From assembly GCA_977017575.1 (NCBI GenBank), contig CDRNVI010000075.1:54201-118200 (forward strand): a stretch of 64,000 nucleotides of DNA, in the 5' to 3' direction. Below, piece after piece: positions 18,851 to 30,933 of the stretch. The stretch is from Paramoeba atlantica. Taxonomy: Eukaryota; Protista; Discosea. Position 1 is the stretch's first letter; each line of letters starts with the position of its first letter. The translations under genes and the position numbers were made by a program. The notes beneath the pieces are model-generated. The model saw only the letters and a list, made by a program, of their open reading frames with translations. It was not told the origin of the DNA and searched no databases.

Positions 18851-20330
18851 GAAAAAAAATCGTTTGAAAAGTTGTGTAAAGGAATGATCCTGAGAAATAA
18901 AAGTAAAAGCATAATGAAATGTTCAGTAGACGGAATCGAAATTACTTTCTCAAGTTTACAGCATTATAATTCCTAGCACTGCCGATGCATAAACCAATCT
19001 GGCGCACAAGGACTCATATATGTGCAGAGGTGCATGCGATGCTATGCCTGGTGGAATTTTCCGAAGAAATCGGTCACAGTGAAAAGTAGCCAAGCCCGCG
19101 CGATGTTCCCCGACTGTAGGGTCCTTGTCGACGTTTCTGCACGTTAATACTGTGGTGTATTCCATTTCCAATGACGTCTTCCGGATCGTTTTGAGCTTGA
19201 TAAATCATTCGGAGGTAATTGGGGTCCGCACCACGATAAACTCCTTGTTGCATACGAAGGTCGTCGAGAGCACGTTGTCCAGTCCGGACTTGGGGCACGT
19301 TTTCCTGGTCGATTCCGCCTCTTCCTTTCATGTCGTTCATCCACTCTACAAGCACTTCCCACATTGGACGCAAATTGTTTGGCAACGGTGAAGGCAGCGC
19401 TAGAGCAGTTTGTACGCGTATAATCAAGAAATCAACACCAAATTCGCTGTTTGTCATTAAATATTTGTTCCAAGTCCGAACATCTCTAATCTTAAAGTCA
19501 TCTTGATCATTTGGAGTTGATTCGGTGTTGTCAACAGCTTGCTCTAACCGATCAGGCATCGCTGGTTCACTTTGAACAATTTCAATACGTGTGTACTTGA
19601 CTTTAGGATTCGGCAACTTGTAGTTTCCAGAAAGATAACTTACGGTAATACTTTTCCCTTCTTCCTCGCGAACAAAACTACCCACCTAGAAGGAAAAAGA
19701 ATAGAAAAATATTCTGTAAAAAAATAATATGCTATTTTGTAATTCGTCACTACGAAGGTAATAAAGGCCAGGGGGGGCATTCGATGAAAATTCATCGAAC
19801 GCACCGTGCGTTCGATGAATATTCATTGAACGGCGTCCCGTTCGATGACCAGGCGTCCCGTTCGATGAATATTCATCGAACGGGCAGTGCGTTCGATGAA
19901 TCATTCATCCAACGGGCACTGCTGCACGAATTTTTCGTCTCGATTTTTTTTGGGGGGAATTTGAACATTACCATCTCGTTTACATGTCTGGAGGCAAGGC
20001 CCAACTGTCAGCGAAGCCCAAGTGTGCAAGCAAGGCCCCCGTCTGCGAGCAAGGCCCAACTGTGAGCGTAGCCCGCTTCTGGAGGCAAAAGCCCCCCTTT
20101 GCGAGCAAGGCCCAACTGTGAGCGTAGCCCTGGGACATAATTATATTTTTTGGCGACCCGCGCGCTCCATGCGGAGGTGGTGTATATTAGCACGGCGGGC
20201 GGATGAGTTGGCATCACGGCCTTCTTTTTCCATCGGGCACGAGGGAGCGGCAAAATCTCAGGAGCTACTCCTGATTCTTTTGCTTTGGAGCGTGTGAACA
20301 CTCCCATGAAAGGTAAAAAAAGTAAATAAT

Positions 20331-20366
20331 CAACAAGGTACAGAAACTGTATCTTTATCGTTAAAG
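20331..20366 (-). other. SL-like 36-mer (array copy)
   Basis: Same context as 16570-16605. Confidence 0.85.
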
Positions 20367-21405
20367 ATTATTGTACGTGTGCTTCTCTCTAGATTCGTGG
20401 GAAGCAATTTGCGAAGCCCAGCTACCTTGATAACAAATTTTAGTACCCATTTTGGCCGCGCGGGGGCCCCCGCGTGAGCGGGGGTGCGCGCGGCCGCGAA
20501 ACGGCGAGGGCCCGCGTGAGCGGGCCTGAGCCGTACCCCGCGTAGGATTCCCCTGTGCGTCGTTAGTGGGAAGCAATTTGCGAAGCTCACTGAATTTCGT
20601 AGTTTTCGCTACGGAGGCGTTGTCAACGTATGTAGTGAAGTGTAGGATACTGAACGCACGGAAAAGGAAAATCAAAAAAAAATCTTGGGTGTTCCACAAA
20701 AGTCCTTGACTTCCACCGTAAATTTCCGTTCGTTGAGAACTCAACGAACGTACCCCCAACCCGTCTACCCCTTCCGCAGGATTGTCCAGAGGCAAGGCCC
20801 AACTGTGAGCGTAGCCCTGTTGTTTTTTGTAAGACGGATTCTTCAGCTATTTTGCCGGTTTTAACGTAGGTATCATGTTTCCGTTACGTTGATGGCCATC
20901 AGACTATGAGTAGATCATATGTTTTCTTTTTGTAAATTATGCAGTCTGATTTAGCTTCTATTATCGATTAGGAGTTCGGATTCTCTTTTGACCATGGGAC
21001 ATAATAATATCTTTTGGCGCCCCGCGCGCTCCAGCACGCGGGTAGCGCACTGGGAACCTGTGTCTACCCCTTCCGAAGGATTGTGAATTTGTTTTATACA
21101 AACGCTTCAGTTTGTTTGCCACAAACGCTTCGGTGAGTAATAAAAAAACCTCGAAAATCTCTATTAGGGTCGCTCAAAAACGCTTCGATGAGTACTCATC
21201 GAAAGTTGTAGACTCTCGATGAGACTCACGGAAAGTTGTAGACTTTCGATGAGTACTCATCGAAGGTCCCCCCTACCCAAATAAACTTGCTCGATAATGA
21301 TAGTTCTAAACATGCTTTCGGATTTTTTGGATTTTGAATGACTATTGTATTTTGTTTTGAAATATTTTTTGACTGGCTTTTTCCACGGGGGCGGACTTCT
21401 CCGAG

Positions 21406-22611
21406 TCAACTTCTTAGGCCAGACCCCCGCGCCTGAAAACCCCCTCTCGACACGCCTCTCCCAACTGGTACGCTAGGGTAAGTTCCCCGAGACACTCCAC
21501 GGTAAAAACCGCCTCGATATCCATCTCTGCTTCGCATTCGCCCTCGTGTTCCATATGAAATGCTTCGTCGTATGGTATTTCCGAGAGTGTCATCACTACG
21601 CTGATTTTCATAATGCGTTCGAACGTATGAAGAATCCGCTCCACGATAAACGCCTTGGGTTATTCGAAGTTTATCTAACAGTTGTTGACCTATACTTACT
21701 TCATGGAGTTCTTCTTCAATTCCCCCACGACGGGCAGCCTCATGCATCCACTGCTTCAGAAGACCCCAGAGAAACGCGACCTCTTCTGTCATTACTGTTG
21801 GAAGCTCCAAATCGATTCGAATCCTGTGTTCAAGCATGTCTATGCTGAGTGGGTCGCCAGAGCGTAAGTATACGTTCCATGTTCGGACGTTGTGGAATAC
21901 AAACTTTGTTGAATCCTCTGTTCCGACAAGTTCTGGATCTTCGATCTTCCCCGGCATCACCGGAATCTTTGTTACTGTCTCAATCTTGATATACGAGACC
22001 CCGTCTTTTGGCAAAGGGTAATCACCTTTCTCATACGTCACGACCAAAATCGGATTCCCTTGTTCATCACAACTTGCTCTGGGGGAGCCACGCCACGTTA
22101 TTGATGTCTCAGGACCGTTTAGTGTTAAATACCAAGTGACCTCGATCTCAATTTCGTTCTCCTCCAGAAGTTCTGAGATAGCAATTATTTTTTCTTGAAT
22201 CTCATCCTCGTTGAGAGCGCGGATAGCCAGTGCATCTCGGCGATCTACCTGGTTTCTTGTGGACCGTTGAACCGAAGCCTGGGATGCAGCTTGTGAGGGA
22301 ACTTGAGTTTGAGTCGGGGACAAAGATTGTGCTATGATAGTAGGCAAAATTTTCGTAAGCTCTTGGCGAATCATCAATCCAATGTTTTCTTGTGCTCTTT
22401 CCAATCTCGTCACCTGACTCGATACTTCTTCCATCGTCAGCCGCATTTTGTTAAAGTCTGCTTCAATTTCAACAGCCTGTTCAGCATTTGCAACGAATTC
22501 CGGGATTGCACTATGTGTGGGTGCTGGACCCGGTGTATGAAAAACTTCATTAGTATTCGAACTTCGAACAATCTCTTCGTTCTCTTTTTCGGCCGTAGCT
22601 TTGCGGACCAT
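21406..22611 (-). CDS. 401-aa gag-like protein, copy 3
   Basis: Tandem copy of 13884-15089. Confidence 0.75.
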   Translation of the reverse strand: MVRKATAEKENEEIVRSSNTNEVFHTPGPAPTHSAIPEFVANAEQAVEIEADFNKMRLTMEEVSSQVTRLERAQENIGLMIRQELTKILPTIIAQSLSPTQTQVPSQAASQASVQRSTRNQVDRRDALAIRALNEDEIQEKIIAISELLEENEIEIEVTWYLTLNGPETSITWRGSPRASCDEQGNPILVVTYEKGDYPLPKDGVSYIKIETVTKIPVMPGKIEDPELVGTEDSTKFVFHNVRTWNVYLRSGDPLSIDMLEHRIRIDLELPTVMTEEVAFLWGLLKQWMHEAARRGGIEEELHEVSIGQQLLDKLRITQGVYRGADSSYVRTHYENQRSDDTLGNTIRRSISYGTRGRMRSRDGYRGGFYRGVSRGTYPSVPVGRGVSRGGFQARGSGLRS

Positions 22612-24091
22612 GAAAAAAAATCGTTTGAAAAGTTGTGTAAAGGAATGATCCTGAGAAATAAAAGTAAAAGCATAATGAAATGTTCAGTAGACGGAATCGA
22701 AATTACTTTCTCAAGTTTACAGCATTATAATTCCTAGCACTGCCGATGCATAAACCAATCTGGCGCACAAGGACTCATATATGTGCAGAGGTGCATGCGA
22801 TGCTATGCCTGGTGGAATTTTCCGAAGAAATCGGTCACAGTGAAAAGTAGCCAAGCCCGCGCGATGTTCCCCGACTGTAGGGTCCTTGTCGACGTTTCTG
22901 CACGTTAATACTGTGGTGTATTCCATTTCCAATGACGTCTTCCGGATCGTTTTGAGCTTGATAAATCATTCGGAGGTAATTGGGGTCCGCACCACGATAA
23001 ACTCCTTGTTGCATACGAAGGTCGTCGAGAGCACGTTGTCCAGTCCGGACTTGGGGCACGTTTTCCTGGTCGATTCCGCCTCTTCCTTTCATGTCGTTCA
23101 TCCACTCTACAAGCACTTCCCACATTGGACGCAAATTGTTTGGCAACGGTGAAGGCAGCGCTAGAGCAGTTTGTACGCGTATAATCAAGAAATCAACACC
23201 AAATTCGCTGTTTGTCATTAAATATTTGTTCCAAGTCCGAACATCTCTAATCTTAAAGTCATCTTGATCATTTGGAGTTGATTCGGTGTTGTCAACAGCT
23301 TGCTCTAACCGATCAGGCATCGCTGGTTCACTTTGAACAATTTCAATACGTGTGTACTTGACTTTAGGATTCGGCAACTTGTAGTTTCCAGAAAGATAAC
23401 TTACGGTAATACTTTTCCCTTCTTCCTCGCGAACAAAACTACCCACCTAGAAGGAAAAAGAATAGAAAAATATTCTGTAAAAAAATAATATGCTATTTTG
23501 TAATTCGTCACTACGAAGGTAATAAAGGCCAGGGGGGGCATTCGATGAAAATTCATCGAACGCACCGTGCGTTCGATGAATATTCATTGAACGGCGTCCC
23601 GTTCGATGACCAGGCGTCCCGTTCGATGAATATTCATCGAACGGGCAGTGCGTTCGATGAATCATTCATCCAACGGGCACTGCTGCACGAATTTTTCGTC
23701 TCGATTTTTTTTGGGGGGAATTTGAACATTACCATCTCGTTTACATGTCTGGAGGCAAGGCCCAACTGTCAGCGAAGCCCAAGTGTGCAAGCAAGGCCCC
23801 CGTCTGCGAGCAAGGCCCAACTGTGAGCGTAGCCCGCTTCTGGAGGCAAAAGCCCCCCTTTGCGAGCAAGGCCCAACTGTGAGCGTAGCCCTGGGACATA
23901 ATTATATTTTTTGGCGACCCGCGCGCTCCATGCGGAGGTGGTGTATATTAGCACGGCGGGCGGATGAGTTGGCATCACGGCCTTCTTTTTCCATCGGGCA
24001 CGAGGGAGCGGCAAAATCTCAGGAGCTACTCCTGATTCTTTTGCTTTGGAGCGTGTGAACACTCCCATGAAAGGTAAAAAAAGTAAATAAT

Positions 24092-24127
24092 CAACAAGGT
24101 ACAGAAACTGTATCTTTATCGTTAAAG
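24092..24127 (-). other. SL-like 36-mer (array copy)
   Basis: Same context as 16570-16605. Confidence 0.85.
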
Positions 24128-25978
24128 ATTATTGTACGTGTGCTTCTCTCTAGATTCGTGGGAAGCAATTTGCGAAGCCCAGCTACCTTGATAACAAATT
24201 TTAGTACCCATTTTGGCCGCGCGGGGGCCCCCGCGTGAGCGGGGGTGCGCGCGGCCGCGAAACGGCGAGGGCCCGCGTGAGCGGGCCTGAGCCGTACCCC
24301 GCGTAGGATTCCCCTGTGCGTCGTTAGTGGGAAGCAATTTGCGAAGCTCACTGAATTTCGTAGTTTTCGCTACGGAGGCGTTGTCAACGTATGTAGTGAA
24401 GTGTAGGATACTGAACGCACGGAAAAGGAAAATCAAAAAAAAATCTTGGGTGTTCCACAAAAGTCCTTGACTTCCACCGTAAATTTCCGTTCGTTGAGAA
24501 CTCAACGAACGTACCCCCAACCCGTCTACCCCTTCCGCAGGATTGTCCAGAGGCAAGGCCCAACTGTGAGCGTAGCCCTGTTGTTTTTTGTAAGACGGAT
24601 TCTTCAGCTATTTTGCCGGTTTTAACGTAGGTATCATGTTTCCGTTACGTTGATGGCCATCAGACTATGAGTAGATCATATGTTTTCTTTTTGTAAATTA
24701 TGCAGTCTGATTTAGCTTCTATTATCGATTAGGAGTTCGGATTCTCTTTTGACCATGGGACATAATAATATCTTTTGGCGCCCCGCGCGCTCCAGCACGC
24801 GGGTAGCGCACTGGGAACCTGTGTCTACCCCTTCCGAAGGATTGTGAATTTGTTTTATACAAACGCTTCAGTTTGTTTGCCACAAACGCTTCGGTGAGTA
24901 ATAAAAAAACCTCGAAAATCTCTATTAGGGTCGCTCAAAAACGCTTCGATGAGTACTCATCGAAAGTTGTAGACTCTCGATGAGACTCACGGAAAGTTGT
25001 AGACTTTCGATGAGTACTCATCGAAGGTCCCCCCTACCCTAATTTTTGGAGACCTCCTTCAACGGTTGTTGCAGGAGAGAGCAAAAATAGAGCGATGAAA
25101 GTGCTGATCCCTGTCTTACTCCTGAAGAACTTTCTATAATCGAGTGTAATGCATTATTGGCGAAGAAAAGGAGTTCGGAAGGCTGGCCGTATTCTAGATA
25201 GAAAAGCCGCATGAAGTGTTTAAAGATCGGCTCCTTAAGCAGTGATTTCGCTATTTCCGTACGATGTGGCGTATTATAAGCATTCTTGAAATCAACTGTG
25301 AGTATAGTGTATCCGTTTTTTCGTTCCTCTAACAACTCATGCACTATTGACTCACAGGCTCTTTCTTGTAGAATACCCCGTTGGATTGGCTTGAAAAGGG
25401 TTTTGAGGGAGCTTTCGTGTCTGTTTAAGAGAATCGAACCGCATATTTTTAGAATTGTGTCGCCCATTGCAACTGGTCGTATGCCGTTTTGCGGCTTTGC
25501 TAGAGCAATTATTCTGCAGCGTGTAAGTCGTTTACGTACGCTTTCTGCTACATCACCATTGATGACGTCACGAAACATGTGGCAAAGCGCTAGGCAGGAT
25601 TCCTCATCTTCCACTAAAAGTCGCATCATGCTTTCGCTGAAGCCTGTTGGTCCCGGCGCTGCTCCTCGAGATAGCTTTTCTGTTGCCACCCGAAGCTCTG
25701 ATTGCTCAACTACCCCAATCCGTGGAAAATCTTCTTCTAAACGTTTGGGGGTGGGTCCTGTAGGATGGAGCTCTTTCAACTTGAAAACTTTCTCATGCGG
25801 TTCTAGAGATGACTCTCGGTATACATTGTCCAAAATCCGTGTTGCTTTACTCAAATTTCCTGCTTTTGCTGCTGTCAGTGCGTTTCTTATTGACCGCTGA
25901 TCGATTGCAAGTTCTTGACGTTGTTCTTCACTCAGATTTTGGTCGTCTAAGAGCTCGCGGTGTCTACGGCGATGGGAT

Positions 25979-26531
25979 TTCGAAGAAACAATCATTGCAA
26001 AAGGCGGACGCCACATCCATCAGATCAGAGCTTCACGCATTTTTTCTTGCACTGCAAATCGGGGAGGGTAAGCAAGAATCCTTCGTTGTGCATGTCGATT
26101 CGGAGTACGTCTGGAACTTTTGGCACAAAGTACGTGTACCGTATCAGTTGGGTAAATACGCAGACTGAGAAAATGCAGATTTGCTTGAACGTATTTCCAG
26201 CTTGGCCCGTTCGATTTTGAAGAAATACAAGATTTTCGTAGTGAAAGTTCGAGCTCATAGCGGAAACTTTATGAATGAACTCGTGGACAAACTAGCGAAC
26301 GAGGCAGCAGTCGAACTCGTGCGTGAACCAGTGAATCCCTCAACCACAGCGTGTAGAGTTATAAATTCTACGGCCGAATGCGGCCATAAGTGCCGTGATA
26401 AGGCCTCATGTCTACATTCCTGTTGTAAGCGGCATTTAGGAGTAGCGAAGGATAATGTCAACATTTCTTTGTCATAATAGTCGAACACTTAGCCACTTAG
26501 TCAGAAAGTGGTATATTATTATTATTATTAT
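25979..26531 (+). mobile_element. 5'-truncated LINE insertion encoding RNase H1-type domain + Cys/His motif, (TAT)n tail, 14-bp TSD
   Basis: TSD TACGGCGATGGGAT at 25965-25978 and 26532-26545. One frame reads SELHAF..VHVDSEYV..(TGA)..NADL..KVRAHSGNFMNELVDKLA..CGHKCRDKASCLHSCC. Confidence 0.85.
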
Positions 26532-26772
26532 TACGGCGATGGGATGAACTCTGTTTTCTTTTCAAAGTGCGACGAACTGTGGCCAACGAATCCCTTGGAG
26601 CATCCAGTAATTTGTGCCATATGGCAGTTTTCTCTGATTCTAAAATGGTTTTAGGGTAGTCTCGTACAATGGATCGGAAGATGGCTACTACATGAACTGC
26701 AAATGATGGATCGATTTGAACGAATGTCGGTAGAGGTTCATAGTCTTGGTTATTCTCGGCGCTTTCTTCTTC

Positions 26773-27564
26773 TTTTTTTTTTGGTTCCGTCATAGTCAGA
26801 TGACGAAGTAAAAAACAATGTATTTTGCTCGTTCTAATACTTCCCGGAGATCACATAACCGTATATATGCATTTGGGGATTTAATCCTTTTGTTTATACC
26901 TATTCATTTCAAAAGTGGTCTTAAGCATAATTTTATCTTTGCAGAAATTTATCGCAGCATAATTTTATCTTTTCAGAATTTTTATCGCAGTAGAATTTCA
27001 TCGCAACGAAATTTATCTCAGCAAAACTAGAAAAAGTTAGCATAAATAATGATCGCAGGCACCGCAGACCTGAATATCAAGAACACCATATGCAGTGTTG
27101 TATTTTGATTTTTGAGGTGACATGCATCACGCAAGAGACGTGCACTCCTCAGCAGGAAGAAGGAAACTTCCTGTCTCTTCAGTTTGCCGGAGCGTAAATG
27201 GGTTATCCGTGCTCATCAACAAACCTCCGAGAAGTCTCACTTTCCTCTGCTTCAGAGTACACAATCTCATCACTTACCCATTGAAAGCATTCCGCAACAC
27301 TCTCCATCTTTCCAGTTTGCCGGAGCGTAAGTGGGTTTTCCGTGCTCATCAACAAACCTTCAAAATGAAGAGTGTCTCGTCCTGCTTTCAACGAGCACAT
27401 GATCTTTTTGCATGCGCATGCCACACTCAGTGCCTTTTTCACCTTTCCAGTGTCGTTTGCTTCGGAGCGCGGGCGAAAGCGAGGGTCCTCCGACGATGTG
27501 ACATTTGAAAGGATCATAAAAGGAATAAAAATCAACAAGGTACAGAAACTTCTTCTACAGAAAC
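26773..27564 (-). pseudogene. Processed retrocopy of a trans-spliced mRNA (SL relic, 104-aa ORF 27517-27203, poly(A), 9-bp TSD)
   Basis: SL 3' 18 nt at 27533-27550; A10 at 26773-26782; TSD GAAGAAGAA at 27565-27573 and 26764-26772. Removal restores QDEEESAENN. Product unknown. Confidence 0.85.
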
Positions 27565-28068
27565 TTCTTCTTCGTCTTGATCTTCATTCTTCTCGTCCAG
27601 GAAATTCCCAATCGCCTTTATCTTATTCAGCTTAACAGCACTAAGCGACCATATTTTAATTCTATCTGACGGCGGTAAGTGTAGGATACCTTGTGGACCC
27701 TCTCCTTTCCCCTCCTTATAAGAAATCTGAATCTTTACCATTCCTTTCCGTGAGGATCTTTTTACGACTTCGCCAACGGAGTGATACATCTCTTTATTCC
27801 TGCTAAATCGCACCTCGCAAGTCGTACCTTTGCCCCATTCTCTAATAATTTGTTGGACTTGGTCAGGGGCTTTTGCGAAACATGGGTTGCTCTTGTTTTC
27901 TTCACCGTCTGTCGACATAGAATCTGATTGTGTCGCTTTTTCGTCTTCGGACTTTGAGGCGTTCGATTCATCATTTTCCGAAGTTTCTATATCGATATTT
28001 CCTCGTTCAATTTTTTTAATCTTGAGTACGGGGACTCGTCTGATCTGCTCTTCTTTGCCAATAACTCG

Positions 28069-29715
28069 CTCCATTCGATCGTGAAGAGCACTTCTGGCGT
28101 TCGACAGGGCTCAGCGCTTTCGTCACTATACTTTTGTGCCCTGATACAGGATTCGCTCAAATAAATCGAAGAGTCCTTTCCAGATGTAACGGTTCGAGCG
28201 TACATGGACGACATAACCTTGTCATCAACAAATCCCCTATCCTTGCAGACCGCCTTTCTACACCTGCACGAATCTTCACGACTTCTGGGACTGGAAATGA
28301 ACTTCCAGAAATGCGAATGGTTCAAGAAAACAGACACTCCATGGACGCCCCAAACTCTGCAAGCGATGGGGGTAGCCTGCCCGCAAGAAACAGTGAAAAT
28401 TCTAGGTGCATATATCGGACAGGACGAGATGGTAAGTGAATGCCTAAAGAAAAAAATGGACAAACACAAGTGTCTCTTTCGCCGTCTTCGACTCATGGGA
28501 CCGAGCAACCTATCCCTCGCAATTCTGAATCGGTGCACCATCCCCCGTCAAGACTATCACCTCCGAGTACACAAGCCCGAAGCATCCCTTGAAATCGCCC
28601 AGCAGTTCGACGCGGAAGTAGGCAGTATTATTCAGCATTGGTTTAATGCAACGGGCCCTACTGCAAAACTCGCCACACTTCCGCAATATCTCGGCGGACT
28701 CGGACTTACTCCGTCATGTTTGAAGCAAAAGCACTTTTTCCAAGCGTCTCGCAAAGCCATTGAAGAGCAATCCAAAACCAATAACGCTCCGGTGGTCATA
28801 GCGGGATCCAAGCGAAACAGGGCTCTGAACGAACGTGACAGCCAGAAGAATGATACTTCCAAGCGAGTAGTCATGAAAGCAATACGATCTGAACAAAAAC
28901 GATTGGCAACCGAGCTGAGAAAGGACATGCGCCTCAAAGAACTAATGGAGCGAGGATCCGCATCATTTCACCACCTACAATCAACCAGCAACTACATCAA
29001 TCCGTACCTCTTCCGTTTCTGTATAATGATGCGCCTGGGAATAGTGCCAGAAAATATGCCTAAGAGTGTGGTATGCCCGGGATGCCTGACAGAATATTCT
29101 TCTGATACCATCTTCCAGCACATTCCTAGATGTACACAATGCTGTGGGATAAATGCAACGAAGAAGCACACACGATTAGTCCGTTTCCTAGGTGAATTGT
29201 GTGCCAAAGCAGGGGTGCCCCATGTTATAGAACCTCGAGTACATTCATCATTCTTCTGCACCAAATGTAAGGCCACCATATCCGAAGAGCTCTCTGAACA
29301 TCACCCATGCAGTGCAAGACGTATGCGATCAGGCCCTGATCTCGGTATCATGTGGTCCCATCTCGGAGAAATTCTCTACGATGTCACCGTAGTTCACAGT
29401 TGTGCCCCGAGCTATGCCAAAACCTCCGTCGAGCAGTTAATCCAAAATGCCCTTGAGCGCAAGCACAAAAAATACGTTGTACAAGGGGGCATACCGAAAG
29501 AAAGTTTCAGCTGCTTGGCAATGACCGAATTAGGACAGTTGCACAACAACACGAAAACTCTCATTGTCTCGCTCGCACAACGGTCACAACAAAACGTGAA
29601 GGATGTCAAAGAAGCGTTCCAACTTGAAATAGAGAAGATGAACGCGTACACAATTGCCACGCAACTCCGACAATACTTTCCACCAATTCAGTGGCTCGGA
29701 GGACTTGAACACTAA
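28069..29715 (+). pseudogene. CRE-like 3' half (subfamily A): RT C-terminal part, Zn finger, RLE
   Basis: SGVRQGSALSSLYFC, one in-frame TAA, AYMDD, CPGC..HIPRCTQC, GPDLGI, LYDVTVVH. Confidence 0.9.
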
Positions 29716-30368
29716 TCAGAATTTCCTTTCACTTACAACCTCTATTTGATTTGATAAAATTCCCCGTCATCTACGTTGATATCATCTCATGATCTAAGTT
29801 GATATTAACTTATTTCAGATAAAGAGCTCATGGAGAGTATTGCTGCTGTTAATGTCTGTACTTTTCTCAATATGCTTTACAATAGGAGGAACCAAGGAGT
29901 GAATTTTGTTTGTTTGGAGTGAATTTTGCTTGTTTTAATAGTTTACTCGGATATTGCCACGACAAATGGGTATAGCGGGATAAATCTTCTAGATAAAATA
30001 GCAGAGAGCATACCCGGAGAGACCTTTCCTTATTATGGAAAAAGATATTTTATGTACTGTATTAAACACAAAAAAGCATAAAAATAAAGATTCTATCCCC
30101 GAGCCTTCACGGACAGTCAGCCCAAATACAATTATATTAGAAAAAGCGCGTTCGAATCATTCGCAAAAGAAGCGATTCAATTCTGTTTCGCATCGTGTAT
30201 CTCTTCAACTTGATGAGATTCGAATTCTTCGCTTCCGCTTGATCATGAATTTCGTGGTCAGCCCAAATTGGAGAGATGTCTTTTTCCTACATAAGAAAAA
30301 GGTCTGCTTCAAAGTAAACTTCGTAGCCTGACATCTTCGTCTTCTTTTCTTCGTCTGACGCAATCGTC

Positions 30369-30470
30369 TCAAAAGGTGAGTTCACTTTCTTTTCTGTCCC
30401 GTGATATGTATTTCCTAAGTTGTGAGTACGCCACTGCACCATTCAGCTCCTGTAACAATACCTGGAACTC
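30369..30470 (-). pseudogene. CRE-like extreme 3' fragment (subfamily B)
   Basis: Hand translation EFQVLLQELNGAVAYSQLRKYI...LTF*. Confidence 0.75.
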
Positions 30471-30933
30471 TGATTTGATTTGTTGTCTCTGACGATGGTC
30501 TTACAAGGTAACTTGTGAACGGGAAGACCCATCCCCTCAGCTCGCAGCCAACCAACCCGATCCTTCAGACCATCCTGGGGTATCCCGCGCCAACATAATC
30601 CATTTCCCTAGCAAATTGTCGAAGTTTCGCTCTTGCTGTTTCTTATAACCGTCATCACTGTTTTTTTTGTGTGTTATCTTGTGTGCTTTTGGCTTAATGT
30701 GGTCACGACTGTATAGGAAAAGCGAGCGACCAACGGAATGAATTCAACGGAATGAATTCAATGAATGAGGAAGAGGGGGAATATAGGGTGTCAAAGGAGG
30801 GGATAGGAAAGAAGGAGCATCGAATTATGATTTAAGCATTCTAGAAATGCTTTTCGCTTGTGTCATGGGTTCGCTTCTCATAAATAAATAAATGAATAAA
30901 TAAATATTCCAGATAGACGTGCCCGCTGACTTC

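Larger units (their letters stand above)
12897..25039. mobile_element. 12.1-kb TIR-bounded composite (Merlin-like, non-autonomous) with 8-bp TSD TAATTTTT
   Basis: Left end GGCTAGGGGGGACCTTCGATGAGTACTCATCG, right end its reverse complement with 1 mismatch in 32 nt. TSD at 12889-12896 and 25040-25047; removal restores LKEVSKNYPEVKIRAYQDD. No transposase seen. Confidence 0.85.
13173..25039. repeat. Tandem array, period 3761 nt, three full units plus 584 nt
   Basis: ORF coordinates repeat at +3761 (13884/17645/21406); units differ at a few SNPs (EQR vs EHR, ENE vs ENK). Confidence 0.95.
6300..28074 (-). mobile_element. CRE-like element (subfamily A) split into five pieces by four insertions
   Basis: Segments 28074-27565, 26763-26532, 25964-25040, 12888-12602 and 7540-6300 join in one frame (3195 nt) when each TSD is counted once. 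The product has RT (AYQDD), Zn finger and RLE, with one premature TAA at 7140-7142. Confidence 0.9.

Noticed and set aside
13173-25039. SL RNA gene array (tandem units each with an SL exon)
   Set aside because: No GT donor or SL intron after the exon; units are made of TE fragments and the same 36-mer has unrelated downstream sequence elsewhere.
13173-25039. Arrays as pure assembly artefacts
   Set aside because: Units differ by SNPs and array 2 has a chimeric last unit; copy number still needs long-read confirmation.
26166-28163. Blastocrithidia-type genetic code (TGA at a plausible Trp in RNase H; TAA at a conserved Glu in SLK*IEE)
   Set aside because: Both are single-base changes in dead copies; ORFs of 948-1076 codons have no such codons, and homologous C-termini end in TAA, TAG or TGA.
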